From a virus: DNA of 64,000 nt. The DNA is taken from IMG/VR virus record IMGVR_UViG_3300031857_000053, positions 43,267 to 107,266 of that record; one strand, written 5' to 3'. The translations under genes and the position numbers were made by a program. Within the stretch, counting starts at the first letter, position 1. Every line of letters starts with the position of its first letter. The notes beneath the pieces are model-generated. The model ran no database searches. It had not been told where the DNA came from and worked only from the letters and a program-made list of their open reading frames with translations. Below are positions 40,364 to 49,727 of this stretch, piece after piece.

Positions 40364-40876
40364 TTATAAATTATTTCTTCTAGCATATTCTGCCATTAAT
40401 ACTGCGTCTATTAAACCATCGTGAGGAACTGTGGATCTATCTCCAAAAGTTAATTTAAGCTCAGGAAAAATCCTTTTAATAGCCATTAAAGCCATTGCTT
40501 TAGTATCTCTTACTTGTTTCTTTCCTGTCTTACTTGATTTGGTAATTTGATCAATACCTTGAAACATTTGTTTTTGCCAATCTACTGCTCTTACTTTAGT
40601 GTAAGGTATACTTTGACAAATACAACTCATTTCTACAGCACCGGATTGTTCACCCATAGAAAATGCTGTTTGCTTTGAGCTACCAAAGATTACTCCTAGC
40701 TTTTCAAATACAACATATGATTGATATCCTACTTGATTTAATGCACCGGGTATAGAAGAATAATCAAGTTCTGTTTTAATCATTGGCATTTTTTCTACTA
40801 TTATTTTACCATCAGGAAATATAGAAGCTATTGCTCCGTGTTTTCCTATATCGATTCCGATATATACTTTACTCAT
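40364..40876 (-). CDS. ruvC: RuvC-like Holliday junction resolvase
   Basis: YIGIDIGKHG, VVFE, HDGLIDAVLMA. Confidence 0.8.
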   Translation of the reverse strand: MSKVYIGIDIGKHGAIASIFPDGKIIVEKMPMIKTELDYSSIPGALNQVGYQSYVVFEKLGVIFGSSKQTAFSMGEQSGAVEMSCICQSIPYTKVRAVDWQKQMFQGIDQITKSSKTGKKQVRDTKAMALMAIKRIFPELKLTFGDRSTVPHDGLIDAVLMAEYARRNNL

Positions 40877-40881
40877 AGTTT

Positions 40882-41877
40882 TTATTTAATATTTAGTGTC
40901 TCTCTTAGCATAGGAGTTATTATACTTTTTACTTCTTCTATACCTATTTTTTTAACAGCATCTGACAAATCTTTTTCTATCTCTAGATGAAGAAATGGGA
41001 TGTTGTATTTTTCTTTATACTTATTCATAGCTTTTATACCTGCTTCATCATTGTCGAAAAGAGTACAAATATTTTTATACTTATGTTTATAAGCTTCAAT
41101 AACTTGTTCTCCAATTAAAGTATTCTCGCTATCTGGTGCAACACACTCTACATTATTATATCCAAGAGCTCTAAGAGACATCATATCTTTAAGTGAACTA
41201 CATATTACAAGATATTCTGCTTGATAAGTTAGTTGTTCAGTTCCCTGGATATATTCTTTTATCTTAATAAACTTGCTATCTTTTACTTTAGGTTGATAGA
41301 TCTTATATAAAGTTCCATCAGTTCTAAAATATCCATAGATAAAACTTCCTTTGATATTTAGTTCTTTTGTTTCACCATCTTCTTCTTTAATCATCTTATA
41401 AGAGTCTAATGCAGAAACATCATAAAATTTCAAGAGCTTTGATCCTATACCATAACTCATCCAATAGTTTTTATCTAAAGTGTTCCATCCCCGTGTAGTA
41501 AATTCTTTTACTTGATATCGAGTTCTTACTTTAAATTCTCTTAGGTTATAATCTTCTTGGTTATTTAGAGACCATTGATTATAATCTTCTATTATTTTAT
41601 GTGCTGCTTCACCACGATCTTTTAGATTAAAGATCAATTCTACTAATCTAATTGCATCACCCGATTTATCCTGAGAGGAAAAATCTTTAAACTTATAGCT
41701 ACCTGCTGAACTTGCATAATAAATAAACATCGAGGGATTCTTTTCCCCCGGATTAAATATCGATGCAATCTTTACATCTTGTCCAGTTAATTTTTCATCT
41801 AGCTTTAAGTAATATTCAAAGACCCATTCTCTAGGTATTTCTGTTAGTTTTGATATGAGGGATTTGGTTCTTAACAT
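40882..41877 (-). CDS. DNA primase (Toprim)
   Basis: N-terminal NPS..KFKDFS region, SSLKD, FDNDEAG, KDLSD. Confidence 0.85.
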   Translation of the reverse strand: MLRTKSLISKLTEIPREWVFEYYLKLDEKLTGQDVKIASIFNPGEKNPSMFIYYASSAGSYKFKDFSSQDKSGDAIRLVELIFNLKDRGEAAHKIIEDYNQWSLNNQEDYNLREFKVRTRYQVKEFTTRGWNTLDKNYWMSYGIGSKLLKFYDVSALDSYKMIKEEDGETKELNIKGSFIYGYFRTDGTLYKIYQPKVKDSKFIKIKEYIQGTEQLTYQAEYLVICSSLKDMMSLRALGYNNVECVAPDSENTLIGEQVIEAYKHKYKNICTLFDNDEAGIKAMNKYKEKYNIPFLHLEIEKDLSDAVKKIGIEEVKSIITPMLRETLNIK

Positions 41878-41881
41878 AAAT

Positions 41882-41906
41882 AAAAAAGGGAGACTCTCGC
41901 CTCCCC
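41882..41906 (-). terminator. Intrinsic terminator
   Basis: GGGAGGCGAGAGTCTCCC followed by TTTTTT on the minus strand. Confidence 0.6.
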
Positions 41907-41923
41907 GCTTATTTGATTAAACA

Positions 41924-42592
41924 TTATAGTTTGAATCCACCTGTTGAATCATCATTAGATCCGAAGTCAGGAAGATTTTCTTCTTTCTTTTTTCTTATGT
42001 GATCAGCTTCTTTGAACTTTATTAGTTTGGTCTGTGGTTTAATAGCAGATTCAAACGGAACACCAGTCTTAGAATACTTTGGTAGAAAAAGATCATAAGA
42101 AGTATAACCTTCTTTATTAAGATATTCTTTTGCAGCTAAACAAATATTTAACCATTTATCTTTAAATACTTTATCGTCATTAAACTTTTCAACTAAAGAA
42201 TTAATTGTTTTATGTTTACCATCTTGACTATCTAGCCAACTATCTAATCCTATTTCATTACAAAGATTTTTCAAGAATTTTAAGATCTCTGTATCTCTGT
42301 TAATTTTAATACCGCTTTTAGTTTCACCATCAACATAAGCCCATTCACTTGCTCTTACCTTTCCTACTTGTCCTTTGTGACGACCTAAAGATTCATTATC
42401 TTTATTAATCCAAAAACCTTCGAAATCATCTCCTTGGTTTTCTCCTTCGAGATGAAGTATAAGATTTAAGGCTCCTGGTTTGAACTTAAATTCTTCTAGC
42501 GTTACCGCATTAATTTTAACTTTTAAATTTCCTGGTTGTAGAGTCTTCGGTGTACCACCGCCTCCTGTTTTGATGTCTTTTGTGCTTAACAT
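41924..42592 (-). CDS. Putative ssDNA-binding/replication protein
   Basis: Follows the Sak4-like ATPase. Beta-rich with an acidic, Phe-ended C-terminus. Confidence 0.45.
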   Translation of the reverse strand: MLSTKDIKTGGGGTPKTLQPGNLKVKINAVTLEEFKFKPGALNLILHLEGENQGDDFEGFWINKDNESLGRHKGQVGKVRASEWAYVDGETKSGIKINRDTEILKFLKNLCNEIGLDSWLDSQDGKHKTINSLVEKFNDDKVFKDKWLNICLAAKEYLNKEGYTSYDLFLPKYSKTGVPFESAIKPQTKLIKFKEADHIRKKKEENLPDFGSNDDSTGGFKL

Positions 42593-42607
42593 TTTTTTTA
42601 ATTTTAA

Positions 42608-43369
42608 TTAGTCAATATAAATTTTATCCCAATAAGTTATTAATCCTTCATCTGTCATCTCAGAGACAACAATTTCTTTGTTCCGTAAATGTTCTGGTCT
42701 TGCTCCACAAGATACTTCATCTGTAGTTTTAAAACTCAAAATATTTTGATCACCTTTTCTGTAAAGATAACCAATAGCATCAGATTGTGAACTGGTAATT
42801 CTTTTAAGTTTACCTGTTAGATCTAGATCCATACTATTAAAATCAGTTCCATTTTTCTCTAATAATACATCTTTGATATGTCCTATTAGAATTATTCTTG
42901 GAGCTAATGTTTTAATATACTCTATGATCTTGGTAAAAGCTTCTCTTAGCCATGGATATCCTGCTCCGTTGGGCATATTAAGTATTGTTCCATACTTAGG
43001 TTTCCCTTCTGTGAGCCAATTCTTTCCCATTGGTGTAGCTTGATATAACTTTTCAGCATAAGGAAGACACATTTCTTCTAAAGCAGTAATAGTATCTACC
43101 GCAATATATTTATATGGATTTCCACTTGCTTTGATTTCTTCTCCGTAATCTCTTATATCTTCCCAACTATTGATTTCTACCTTGAGTGCGTCTAAATACT
43201 TGGTTCCTTTTTCAAGATCCATTATTAAACAATTATCAAGTTGAGAAAATAAACTTGTTTTACCAACTTTTGGCTTGGAGAATATAATAAGATTAGAAGG
43301 ACTCTTTTGAGAAGCTGCTATCTTTGCTTTTGGTAATTCTATTACCCGTTTTTTTTCTTTTTCACTCAT
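42608..43369 (-). CDS. AAA_24/Sak4-like ATPase
   Basis: SKPKVGKTS, DLEKG, IAVDTIT, IGH. Confidence 0.8.
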   Translation of the reverse strand: MSEKEKKRVIELPKAKIAASQKSPSNLIIFSKPKVGKTSLFSQLDNCLIMDLEKGTKYLDALKVEINSWEDIRDYGEEIKASGNPYKYIAVDTITALEEMCLPYAEKLYQATPMGKNWLTEGKPKYGTILNMPNGAGYPWLREAFTKIIEYIKTLAPRIILIGHIKDVLLEKNGTDFNSMDLDLTGKLKRITSSQSDAIGYLYRKGDQNILSFKTTDEVSCGARPEHLRNKEIVVSEMTDEGLITYWDKIYID

Positions 43370-43899
43370 GATTTATTGATTAGATTATTTAGCCAATTTT
43401 TATTGCTGATTGGTTTCTTCCACATAATAGCTGCATAATCTCTTATTGTAATCTCATTCATAGAAGCATCTTCATCAGCATTAGCAAAGCTAAATTCTTT
43501 AACCTTACTTGTTTCTTTGTACTTTTGATCAATGATTATTTCGGGTGCATTATTTTTCACTAAGATTAATTCTGATACTGGTATCATATATCTTACTGTA
43601 CCATCTTTTTCTAAAGCTTCATACTCTTCTTGATAATTAGGATTAAATCTCCATTTATAAAGAGTTCTTTCAGGATCTTCTGGTAATAGATCTGATGAAG
43701 TTAACTCTGTATATATATCCATACCTTTACCTATTTCACTAGGAAAAAATCCTACGTGTTTTTCAGTAACTCCCGGATATTTATACGCAAGTTTTGGAAT
43801 AAAATTAGGATCTGCAATACCTAATGATTTAAAAGTTTCTTGGTGAAAATCTTTAAGGGCTTTTAATCTTTCCCTTCTTTCTTCTGGGTTTAGACTCAT
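43366..43899 (-). CDS. Hypothetical protein
   Basis: 177-aa coupled ORF. Confidence 0.7.
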   Translation of the reverse strand: MSLNPEERRERLKALKDFHQETFKSLGIADPNFIPKLAYKYPGVTEKHVGFFPSEIGKGMDIYTELTSSDLLPEDPERTLYKWRFNPNYQEEYEALEKDGTVRYMIPVSELILVKNNAPEIIIDQKYKETSKVKEFSFANADEDASMNEITIRDYAAIMWKKPISNKNWLNNLINKS

Positions 43900-43901
43900 A
43901 G

Positions 43902-44906
43902 TTATACTTTTACATTTGTTACTATTCTTTTTTCTTGTGTTGGTGGTGTATCCATTTCACTAACTTTCATTCTATCAAACTCTGCTTTCATAAAGCTCAA
44001 CCTTGTATCTCCATTTCTAGCTTTTAGAAAATGAAATACTAGAGTATTTATATCATCAATGATATAGCGATCGGGTCCATAAAATCTTATCTTTTGTTTA
44101 CCTGGTCTATTAACTCCTACAACAGTGTCGGCATGTTGCAATAGAGCATCAGCTCCATAGATATCAGAATCTAAAATATAGTTCCCATATTTACCATCTT
44201 CATTTCTTTCAGGTTTATCCATATTTCTATTAAGCTGACTAAGAATGATGAAAGCAATTGGATATTTTCTTTTGAGTGCTGTGAGTGCTTCTCCGAGTGC
44301 AAATAGTGTTTCGTGTTTGTCTTTTTCGAATGATGCTTTGTTGATTAACAATGAGTGGTCAAGAGTGATAATTGTGTTGGTGTATTGCCTAAATATGTTT
44401 CCTTTCTCATCTTTTATTTGAGTTGAATGGGCTTCCATATACTCAGCAATTGTTTCACGGAACTCGTTAACAGTAAGTGATTCTTCTACTACATCTATTG
44501 GATATTTGGTCATGGTTTTAGCATAATCAAAACACTTTACTAGATCTTCGTTTGTAATCTTACCATCTGCGCTACATAAATACTTGTAAGGTCTACCAAC
44601 AAAAGCTGAGAAAGATCTCATTGCTGATACTCTTCCAACCATTTCTAAACTAAATTCTAGTACTCTAAAATTTTGATTAGGATTAAGGTTAAAAGATTCT
44701 CTGACGATCTGATCTTTTATTAGTGTCTTACCAGTACCTGGTCTAGCGCCTATGACTGTGGTCGAGTTCCATTCTATTCCATCAGCAATAGCATCATTGA
44801 ATTTATACCAAGGTGTTTTAAGACTAGTAATTTTACCGTCTCTTCTACCTTGCATATAGTCGATAGCTTGCTGATAAGAATTTTTAAGTTCTTTCCACTT
44901 TTTCAT
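43902..44906 (-). CDS. dnaB: DnaB-like replicative helicase (RecA-fold domain only)
   Basis: GARPGTGKT, FSLEM, ILSQLNR, KARNG. Likely start ATG 44906. Confidence 0.88.
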   Translation of the reverse strand: MKKWKELKNSYQQAIDYMQGRRDGKITSLKTPWYKFNDAIADGIEWNSTTVIGARPGTGKTLIKDQIVRESFNLNPNQNFRVLEFSLEMVGRVSAMRSFSAFVGRPYKYLCSADGKITNEDLVKCFDYAKTMTKYPIDVVEESLTVNEFRETIAEYMEAHSTQIKDEKGNIFRQYTNTIITLDHSLLINKASFEKDKHETLFALGEALTALKRKYPIAFIILSQLNRNMDKPERNEDGKYGNYILDSDIYGADALLQHADTVVGVNRPGKQKIRFYGPDRYIIDDINTLVFHFLKARNGDTRLSFMKAEFDRMKVSEMDTPPTQEKRIVTNVKV

Positions 44907-45094
44907 TTTGTTTTTTTTAGAGGTGACTATTCCCCGGCTTGTTATTATCAAGCTTAACTAAGGGATCTAAAATTGCTGATTGAATTGTCTACAAATCTAA
45001 CATTGCTTTTTTATATTTCCAAGAAAAAAAGGGAAATAATTTCTTACATATCTTACATAGATTTCAACACTAAGATATTAGAATATGGTCTTAG

Positions 45095-45727
45095 CTATAC
45101 TACTTTATCTTTGAAACTTATTGGGGTTTCATCTTCCATATCTCCATCTTCTAATAGTGCACAATAATCAGCTAGATCCGAGCCAATTACATTACCATCT
45201 TTCTTTCTAATAAAATACATAGATGTTCTTGTGTATTTATAATTTTCTTGCTCTTGTTTATCTAAGTAAAAAGCGGTTGCTTTAAGAACTGTTTCCCAGC
45301 TATATTCAAAATTTTCAAAAAACCATCTAAAGTTTTGTTCTAAATTATTTATAGAAGATCTAAGATATTTTCCGTGCCCACCTTTCTTTTTAGGAAAGGT
45401 ATCATTATAAGTTTTTAAATTTTCTGTGTATTCTTTCCCCATTAACTGGCTACTTGTTTTCTTTTTATGGATTTTAAAATAGCTATCAACTTTTGCTATT
45501 AAACTAATAGCTTTTGGTTGGAGTTCATAAGAAATGTTATCATCAGTAGAAATATTCTTTACCCAGAAATTATCTTCTAAAATTTTTAAATCTTGATGAA
45601 CATTAATAATACTAGGAGATATACTTTCTTTCATAGAACAGAGTAGATAGAACTGATTAGGAGTTATTTTCTCTATAACTATTTGATTAAAGAGTTCTAA
45701 TATGTGTATTGATGTTTTTTCTTTCAT
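45095..45727 (-). CDS. Hypothetical protein, possible replication initiator/helicase loader
   Basis: 210 aa directly upstream of dnaB. Confidence 0.5.
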   Translation of the reverse strand: MKEKTSIHILELFNQIVIEKITPNQFYLLCSMKESISPSIINVHQDLKILEDNFWVKNISTDDNISYELQPKAISLIAKVDSYFKIHKKKTSSQLMGKEYTENLKTYNDTFPKKKGGHGKYLRSSINNLEQNFRWFFENFEYSWETVLKATAFYLDKQEQENYKYTRTSMYFIRKKDGNVIGSDLADYCALLEDGDMEDETPISFKDKVV

Positions 45728-45736
45728 ATATTTTAG

Positions 45737-45744
45737 TATTTTTG
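45737..45744 (+). promoter_or_regulatory. Bacteroidetes -7 element
   Basis: TATTTTTG 18 nt before ATG 45763 of a counter-oriented gene pair. Confidence 0.5.
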
Positions 45745-45762
45745 GTTTTATAAAATCTTATT

Positions 45763-46080
45763 ATGTTTAAAGCTATTCATATACTCATTGTAATCTTACT
45801 AATTGTAATAGCAATATTATCATGGAAACTTATTAATGATTCAGATGAGGTTACTACAGAATTGGGTGATCAAAATCTTAAGGATTCTATTGCTGTTTTG
45901 AATGACAAACTTAATAAAAGTTTTGCTAAAGAACTAGAATTAATAAAAGAAAATGATAGCTTAGAGTCGATTGAACAACAAGTAATATATAGAACCAATG
46001 AGAAAATTAAATTTATTTTTTCTACTACTGATCCTTCAGTACTCGACTCAATTATTCGCGCAGGTTGGAAAACCAAATAG
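45763..46080 (+). CDS. Membrane-anchored coiled-coil protein (spanin-like?)
   Basis: N-terminal TM helix followed by coiled coil. Confidence 0.5.
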   Translation: MFKAIHILIVILLIVIAILSWKLINDSDEVTTELGDQNLKDSIAVLNDKLNKSFAKELELIKENDSLESIEQQVIYRTNEKIKFIFSTTDPSVLDSIIRAGWKTK

Positions 46081-46408
46081 TGATACTATAAGATGTTATG
46101 GTATAAAAGAATTACAAAAGATTGCAGCTACAGTGGAGTATGCTAACAGTTGTGATACTTTGCTTTCTAATGCTAATCTTAAGATAGCTAATAGAGATAA
46201 ACATATTCAAGAGAAAATCTTTCAAGTAAAGAATCTGCAGGATCAGATAGCTTATAAGGATACACTTATTGTGAATAGAGAAAAAAAAATAGGAGAACTT
46301 GGTAGTGAGATAATCGAACTAAATGAGCATAAAAAAATGCTTAAGTTAGCTTGGGCATCTACTACGGCTCTCCTTTCGGGTATCTTAATTAGTTTTATTT
46401 TATTCTGA
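45998..46408 (+). CDS. Signal peptide + coiled coil + C-terminal TM protein (spanin-like?)
   Basis: Overlaps the previous gene by 83 bp. Confidence 0.5.
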   Translation: MRKLNLFFLLLILQYSTQLFAQVGKPNSDTIRCYGIKELQKIAATVEYANSCDTLLSNANLKIANRDKHIQEKIFQVKNLQDQIAYKDTLIVNREKKIGELGSEIIELNEHKKMLKLAWASTTALLSGILISFILF

Positions 46409-46409
46409 T

Positions 46410-46631
46410 TTAAAGATTATTGATTTCTTCTTTAACATCTTTCCAATAATAATACATATCCTTTTCTATATTCCAATTATCTGGATGTAGTATATCTATT
46501 ATCTCATCCACAGCAATAAGTGCACACTTCTTAGCATTTGACTTTATTGTTTTAATACTATTATCTATTCCGCTTTCTGAATACTTAGTAAAACTGTTTA
46601 CAAGTTCTCTTGCTTTATCTCTAGGTGCCAT
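46410..46631 (-). CDS. Small phage protein (AKKCALIAVDEII family)
   Basis: 73 aa. The motif is common in Bacteroidetes phages. Confidence 0.65.
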   Translation of the reverse strand: MAPRDKARELVNSFTKYSESGIDNSIKTIKSNAKKCALIAVDEIIDILHPDNWNIEKDMYYYWKDVKEEINNL

Positions 46632-46634
46632 AGC

Positions 46635-47189
46635 TTATTTTAGTTTAAGTTTACCATCTACTATTTCTACTTCCCACTTTGTTTTAAGTTGGAGGGATTG
46701 GATATATTTATCAAGCTCAACAACAGCTGAACTACAAGACATATTTGTTATAGCTCCTTCTACAAGTATTTGTCTTATTTTATTTATATCCTTCTCCGTG
46801 TATTTCTTTTCCTTGTTATCTTCAAGAGCTTGGTTATAACCTTCTATCCAATTTGTAGTTTTACATACATTTGGATTAGCTAAATTAGCTGCTAATATTT
46901 CTAAATCCACCTCACCAATTAGTTCTTTTACTTCAAAAATATTCAATGGTCTAACTTTACTAAATCCCATTCCTGATAATCCATTTTCACTTAATAGTTC
47001 AAGTGGTTGTGTTGAGTGGGTGATTTTTTTATACTCTCTATCGTATGGTCTATATTGCCAGTATACCTCATCAGATACAACAAATTTCCTTATCTGTTTG
47101 GCATCTTCAATATACCAGTCATCTACCTCTATCTTTGAATCATCCACTACTACATAGTGGTCTTCTTTTATCTTAATTAGTTTCTGCAT
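46635..47189 (-). CDS. Hypothetical phage protein
   Basis: 184 aa, KKITHSTQPL...DGKLKLK, flanked by 20-bp direct repeats. Confidence 0.7.
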   Translation of the reverse strand: MQKLIKIKEDHYVVVDDSKIEVDDWYIEDAKQIRKFVVSDEVYWQYRPYDREYKKITHSTQPLELLSENGLSGMGFSKVRPLNIFEVKELIGEVDLEILAANLANPNVCKTTNWIEGYNQALEDNKEKKYTEKDINKIRQILVEGAITNMSCSSAVVELDKYIQSLQLKTKWEVEIVDGKLKLK

Positions 47190-47244
47190 AGCTTATTTTA
47201 GTTTAAAGTGTTTAAAGTACAATATAAAAATTCATATGTTACTT

Positions 47245-47520
47245 TTATAGTCCTTCTTGATCATAAATTTCATCTTCAGATTCTTCCATCATTCCTATAA
47301 CTACTTTATAAGCTTGATACATGCCTATAAAAATAAGTAATATACCAATATACATCATTATATTTACTGCAGTATCTATATATGATGTGATTTCTTTATT
47401 TGGTGTGTCACCAATAATTTCAATAAATAAATAAGATAAGGTTTTTATTATCCAGGTAACGGATCCCCAAAATAAAAAGAACATACCTAATCTATTATAA
47501 GATTTAATAATTTTTACCAT
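47245..47520 (-). CDS. Two-TM membrane protein
   Basis: Two hydrophobic helices and an acidic tail. Confidence 0.6.
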   Translation of the reverse strand: MVKIIKSYNRLGMFFLFWGSVTWIIKTLSYLFIEIIGDTPNKEITSYIDTAVNIMMYIGILLIFIGMYQAYKVVIGMMEESEDEIYDQEGL

Positions 47521-48227
47521 GTGATTTGTTGTTTATTGTTGCTAATTAATATTTCATTTATTTTTCCGAAGATGTTTCCAGATTCCCAAACTTGTAGATT
47601 ATTTTGACTAGCTGATGCTGGATGAGTACAAAATAGTTTATAATTATTATCTGGTATAGAGCTTTCCCATTCGCGGGATTTTTTACCTAGAAAAACATAT
47701 ATCATATCTTTCTTCTTGTGTGAAAGGATATCAAATAGATATGCGATAAAGGGGCTCCATAGATTTTGGTGTTGATCTATTTTATTAATAGTAGTAGTAA
47801 GAGAGAGATTAAGAAGTAATACTCCTTGGTTAGCCCAACATTTTAAATCAGTAATAATCTCTTTGTCCTCTTCCTGGTAGATGTTTTGATTAATATCTCG
47901 TAGCATATAACGTAATGAAGCTTGGAGTTTATGGTTATTACTACAGGAAAAAGCTAGACCATCAGCTACATCAGGGTAGGGATAAGGTTCGGGTGATAGT
48001 AAAACCACCTTGAGACTATTGTAAGGACACTCCTCGAAACATCTAAAGACTTGTTTAAGAACGGGAGTGAATCTTTTGTTGTCTTTGGCTTGTTCTAATA
48101 GAGTGTTTAAGATGTTTGTAAAATCACCACTTAGGATGAATCCTTTGAGTGGGTCACTCCATCCCGAGGGTACTAATCTTTGATAGAGTTTCTTTTGTAC
48201 ATCTTGTATGTTTACTCTTTCTAGCAT
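47514..48227 (-). CDS. ung: Uracil-DNA glycosylase family 1-like, variant catalytic motif
   Basis: KVVLLSPEPY, ADGLAFS, WANQGVLLLN.SLT, HPAS. Confidence 0.85.
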   Translation of the reverse strand: MLERVNIQDVQKKLYQRLVPSGWSDPLKGFILSGDFTNILNTLLEQAKDNKRFTPVLKQVFRCFEECPYNSLKVVLLSPEPYPYPDVADGLAFSCSNNHKLQASLRYMLRDINQNIYQEEDKEIITDLKCWANQGVLLLNLSLTTTINKIDQHQNLWSPFIAYLFDILSHKKKDMIYVFLGKKSREWESSIPDNNYKLFCTHPASASQNNLQVWESGNIFGKINEILISNNKQQITW

Positions 48228-48242
48228 ATGTAAATTTAAACT

Positions 48243-48273
48243 TTTGTTATTTAAATAAAAAATTGTATTTTTG
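48243..48273 (+). promoter_or_regulatory. Bacteroidetes sigma70 promoter (-33 TTTG, 19-nt spacer, -7 TATTTTTG)
   Basis: TTTG 48243-48246 and TATTTTTG 48266-48273 immediately precede ATG 48278. Confidence 0.65.
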
Positions 48274-48277
48274 GTAT

Positions 48278-48619
48278 ATGAAAATAAAGGTACCAGCGTT
48301 TGAGACCAAGTCTCTTGTAAAGTTAGAAATCCCAGGGGTTTTCTATCAAAGGATTCAGAGTTTAATGTTTTACTTTATTAGTCTACACTCGAAGGAAGAG
48401 TTTGAAGTTTCTTTCAATAAGCTTACTGCGGGTAATAAACCTGAGAATGCTTTAGACTTACACCTTCAAACTCTTCTTACTCTTGTTTCTGAGACCGAGC
48501 AAGCTATGCAAAAGCAAAACTTAACTACTATGGAAGTGGTGGATATTGATGAGAGTTCTTTATCTGAACAATCTTTAGCTGATATCAAATCTAAGTTTGA
48601 GGTTGTTGATGGAAATTAA
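48278..48619 (+). CDS. Hypothetical protein (counter-oriented)
   Basis: MKIKVPAFE... start chosen downstream of the promoter. Confidence 0.65.
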   Translation: MKIKVPAFETKSLVKLEIPGVFYQRIQSLMFYFISLHSKEEFEVSFNKLTAGNKPENALDLHLQTLLTLVSETEQAMQKQNLTTMEVVDIDESSLSEQSLADIKSKFEVVDGN

Positions 48620-49001
48620 TTCCAACAGTTTCTCCAATTTGATTAATAGCTTCTATTACTAAACCTAGTTCATCTTTTGAACAGTCTCCTAAAGATTTAC
48701 ATATCATAAACATTTCATCTCCTATCTGTTTTTTTATACAAAGACCAGCTTGTCTTTTTACTTCAAGTTTCATATCTTCGAAGGTATATCCTAATTCTTT
48801 TGCTAGTTCTCGAATACACACATGTATTTTAGCTAATTGAGGCACGGTGCCATTATCTTCATTAGCTTCCATGAATACTTCTACTTGTTGACTCTCGCTT
48901 ATTCCATCTAGAAAAAGCTTATACTTTTCTGGAGAAATAGGAGTTAATGTTCCAAGTAAATTCTTTATAAATTTACCATGATAGATATTATGTTTACTCA
49001 T
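48591..49001 (-). CDS. NinB/YbcN-like protein
   Basis: QLAKIH..IRELAKELGY...KSLGDCSKDEL pattern. Confidence 0.55.
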   Translation of the reverse strand: MSKHNIYHGKFIKNLLGTLTPISPEKYKLFLDGISESQQVEVFMEANEDNGTVPQLAKIHVCIRELAKELGYTFEDMKLEVKRQAGLCIKKQIGDEMFMICKSLGDCSKDELGLVIEAINQIGETVGINFHQQPQT

Positions 49002-49003
49002 AA

Positions 49004-49144
49004 CTATTTATTTTTACCTAGTAATCTTTGTTTCTTTTTATACTCAGCAATTGCTTTCTTTACTTCAAGTTTTTCTTCAGCAGTTTTTTTAAAAGTTTGC
49101 ATACCCCCAACTTGAGGTCTATTTTCTATTGTAATATTTTCCAT
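49004..49144 (-). CDS. Small basic protein (46 aa), absent from ORF track
   Basis: MENITIENRPQVGGMQTFKKTAEEKLEVKKAIAEYKKKQRLLGKNK fills the intergenic gap. Confidence 0.5.
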   Translation of the reverse strand: MENITIENRPQVGGMQTFKKTAEEKLEVKKAIAEYKKKQRLLGKNK

Positions 49145-49165
49145 TTTTTATTATAATTTTATTAG

Positions 49166-49417
49166 TTATATATCATCAGCATTATTAAGAAACCCAAGCA
49201 TCTTGTTGCGCTCTTCAATTTCTTCTAATCTTCCACCTTTAAGTTCAATAATAGATTCTGTTCCTAATTCTAAATCAGTCTCTACTTCTTCATAAAAGCG
49301 TATTACTTTCTCAAGCTTATTAGCAAATCCTTTGGTCACTGGTTGATCTCTAAGGATAGACTGGAGATACTTAAGCATCTCCTTGTCTTTACATATATCT
49401 TTAAGACTTACTTTCAT
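49166..49417 (-). CDS. Hypothetical protein
   Basis: 83-aa ORF. Confidence 0.6.
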   Translation of the reverse strand: MKVSLKDICKDKEMLKYLQSILRDQPVTKGFANKLEKVIRFYEEVETDLELGTESIIELKGGRLEEIEERNKMLGFLNNADDI

Positions 49418-49419
49418 GA

Positions 49420-49701
49420 TTAATCTTTTTTCCAGATTATTGATATGTCTCTATCTGGGACCATAAAGAAGTAGTCTTTCTCTATTTGGATTACTTCAGC
49501 GCGTTCTAATGCTGTACCAATATATACGCGATCACCTACTACAACATTGGTAACTTCATCACCAACATGTGTAACCTCAAGCGCAGTATAACTTTTCATT
49601 AGATCTGCATCAATAGAAGCTTTATCTGCTTCACTTAATTCAATCTTTGATTCTTTTCTTGCTGGTTTCTTTACCAGTACTCTTTTACCTAGTAGTTTCA
49701 T
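49420..49701 (-). CDS. groES: Co-chaperonin GroES-like
   Basis: MKLLGKRVLVK...VTHVGDEV..VVVGDRVY...DI. Start ATG 49701. Confidence 0.8.
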   Translation of the reverse strand: MKLLGKRVLVKKPARKESKIELSEADKASIDADLMKSYTALEVTHVGDEVTNVVVGDRVYIGTALERAEVIQIEKDYFFMVPDRDISIIWKKD

Positions 49702-49727
49702 ATTTATTTGTTTTGGGTTTATGTAAT

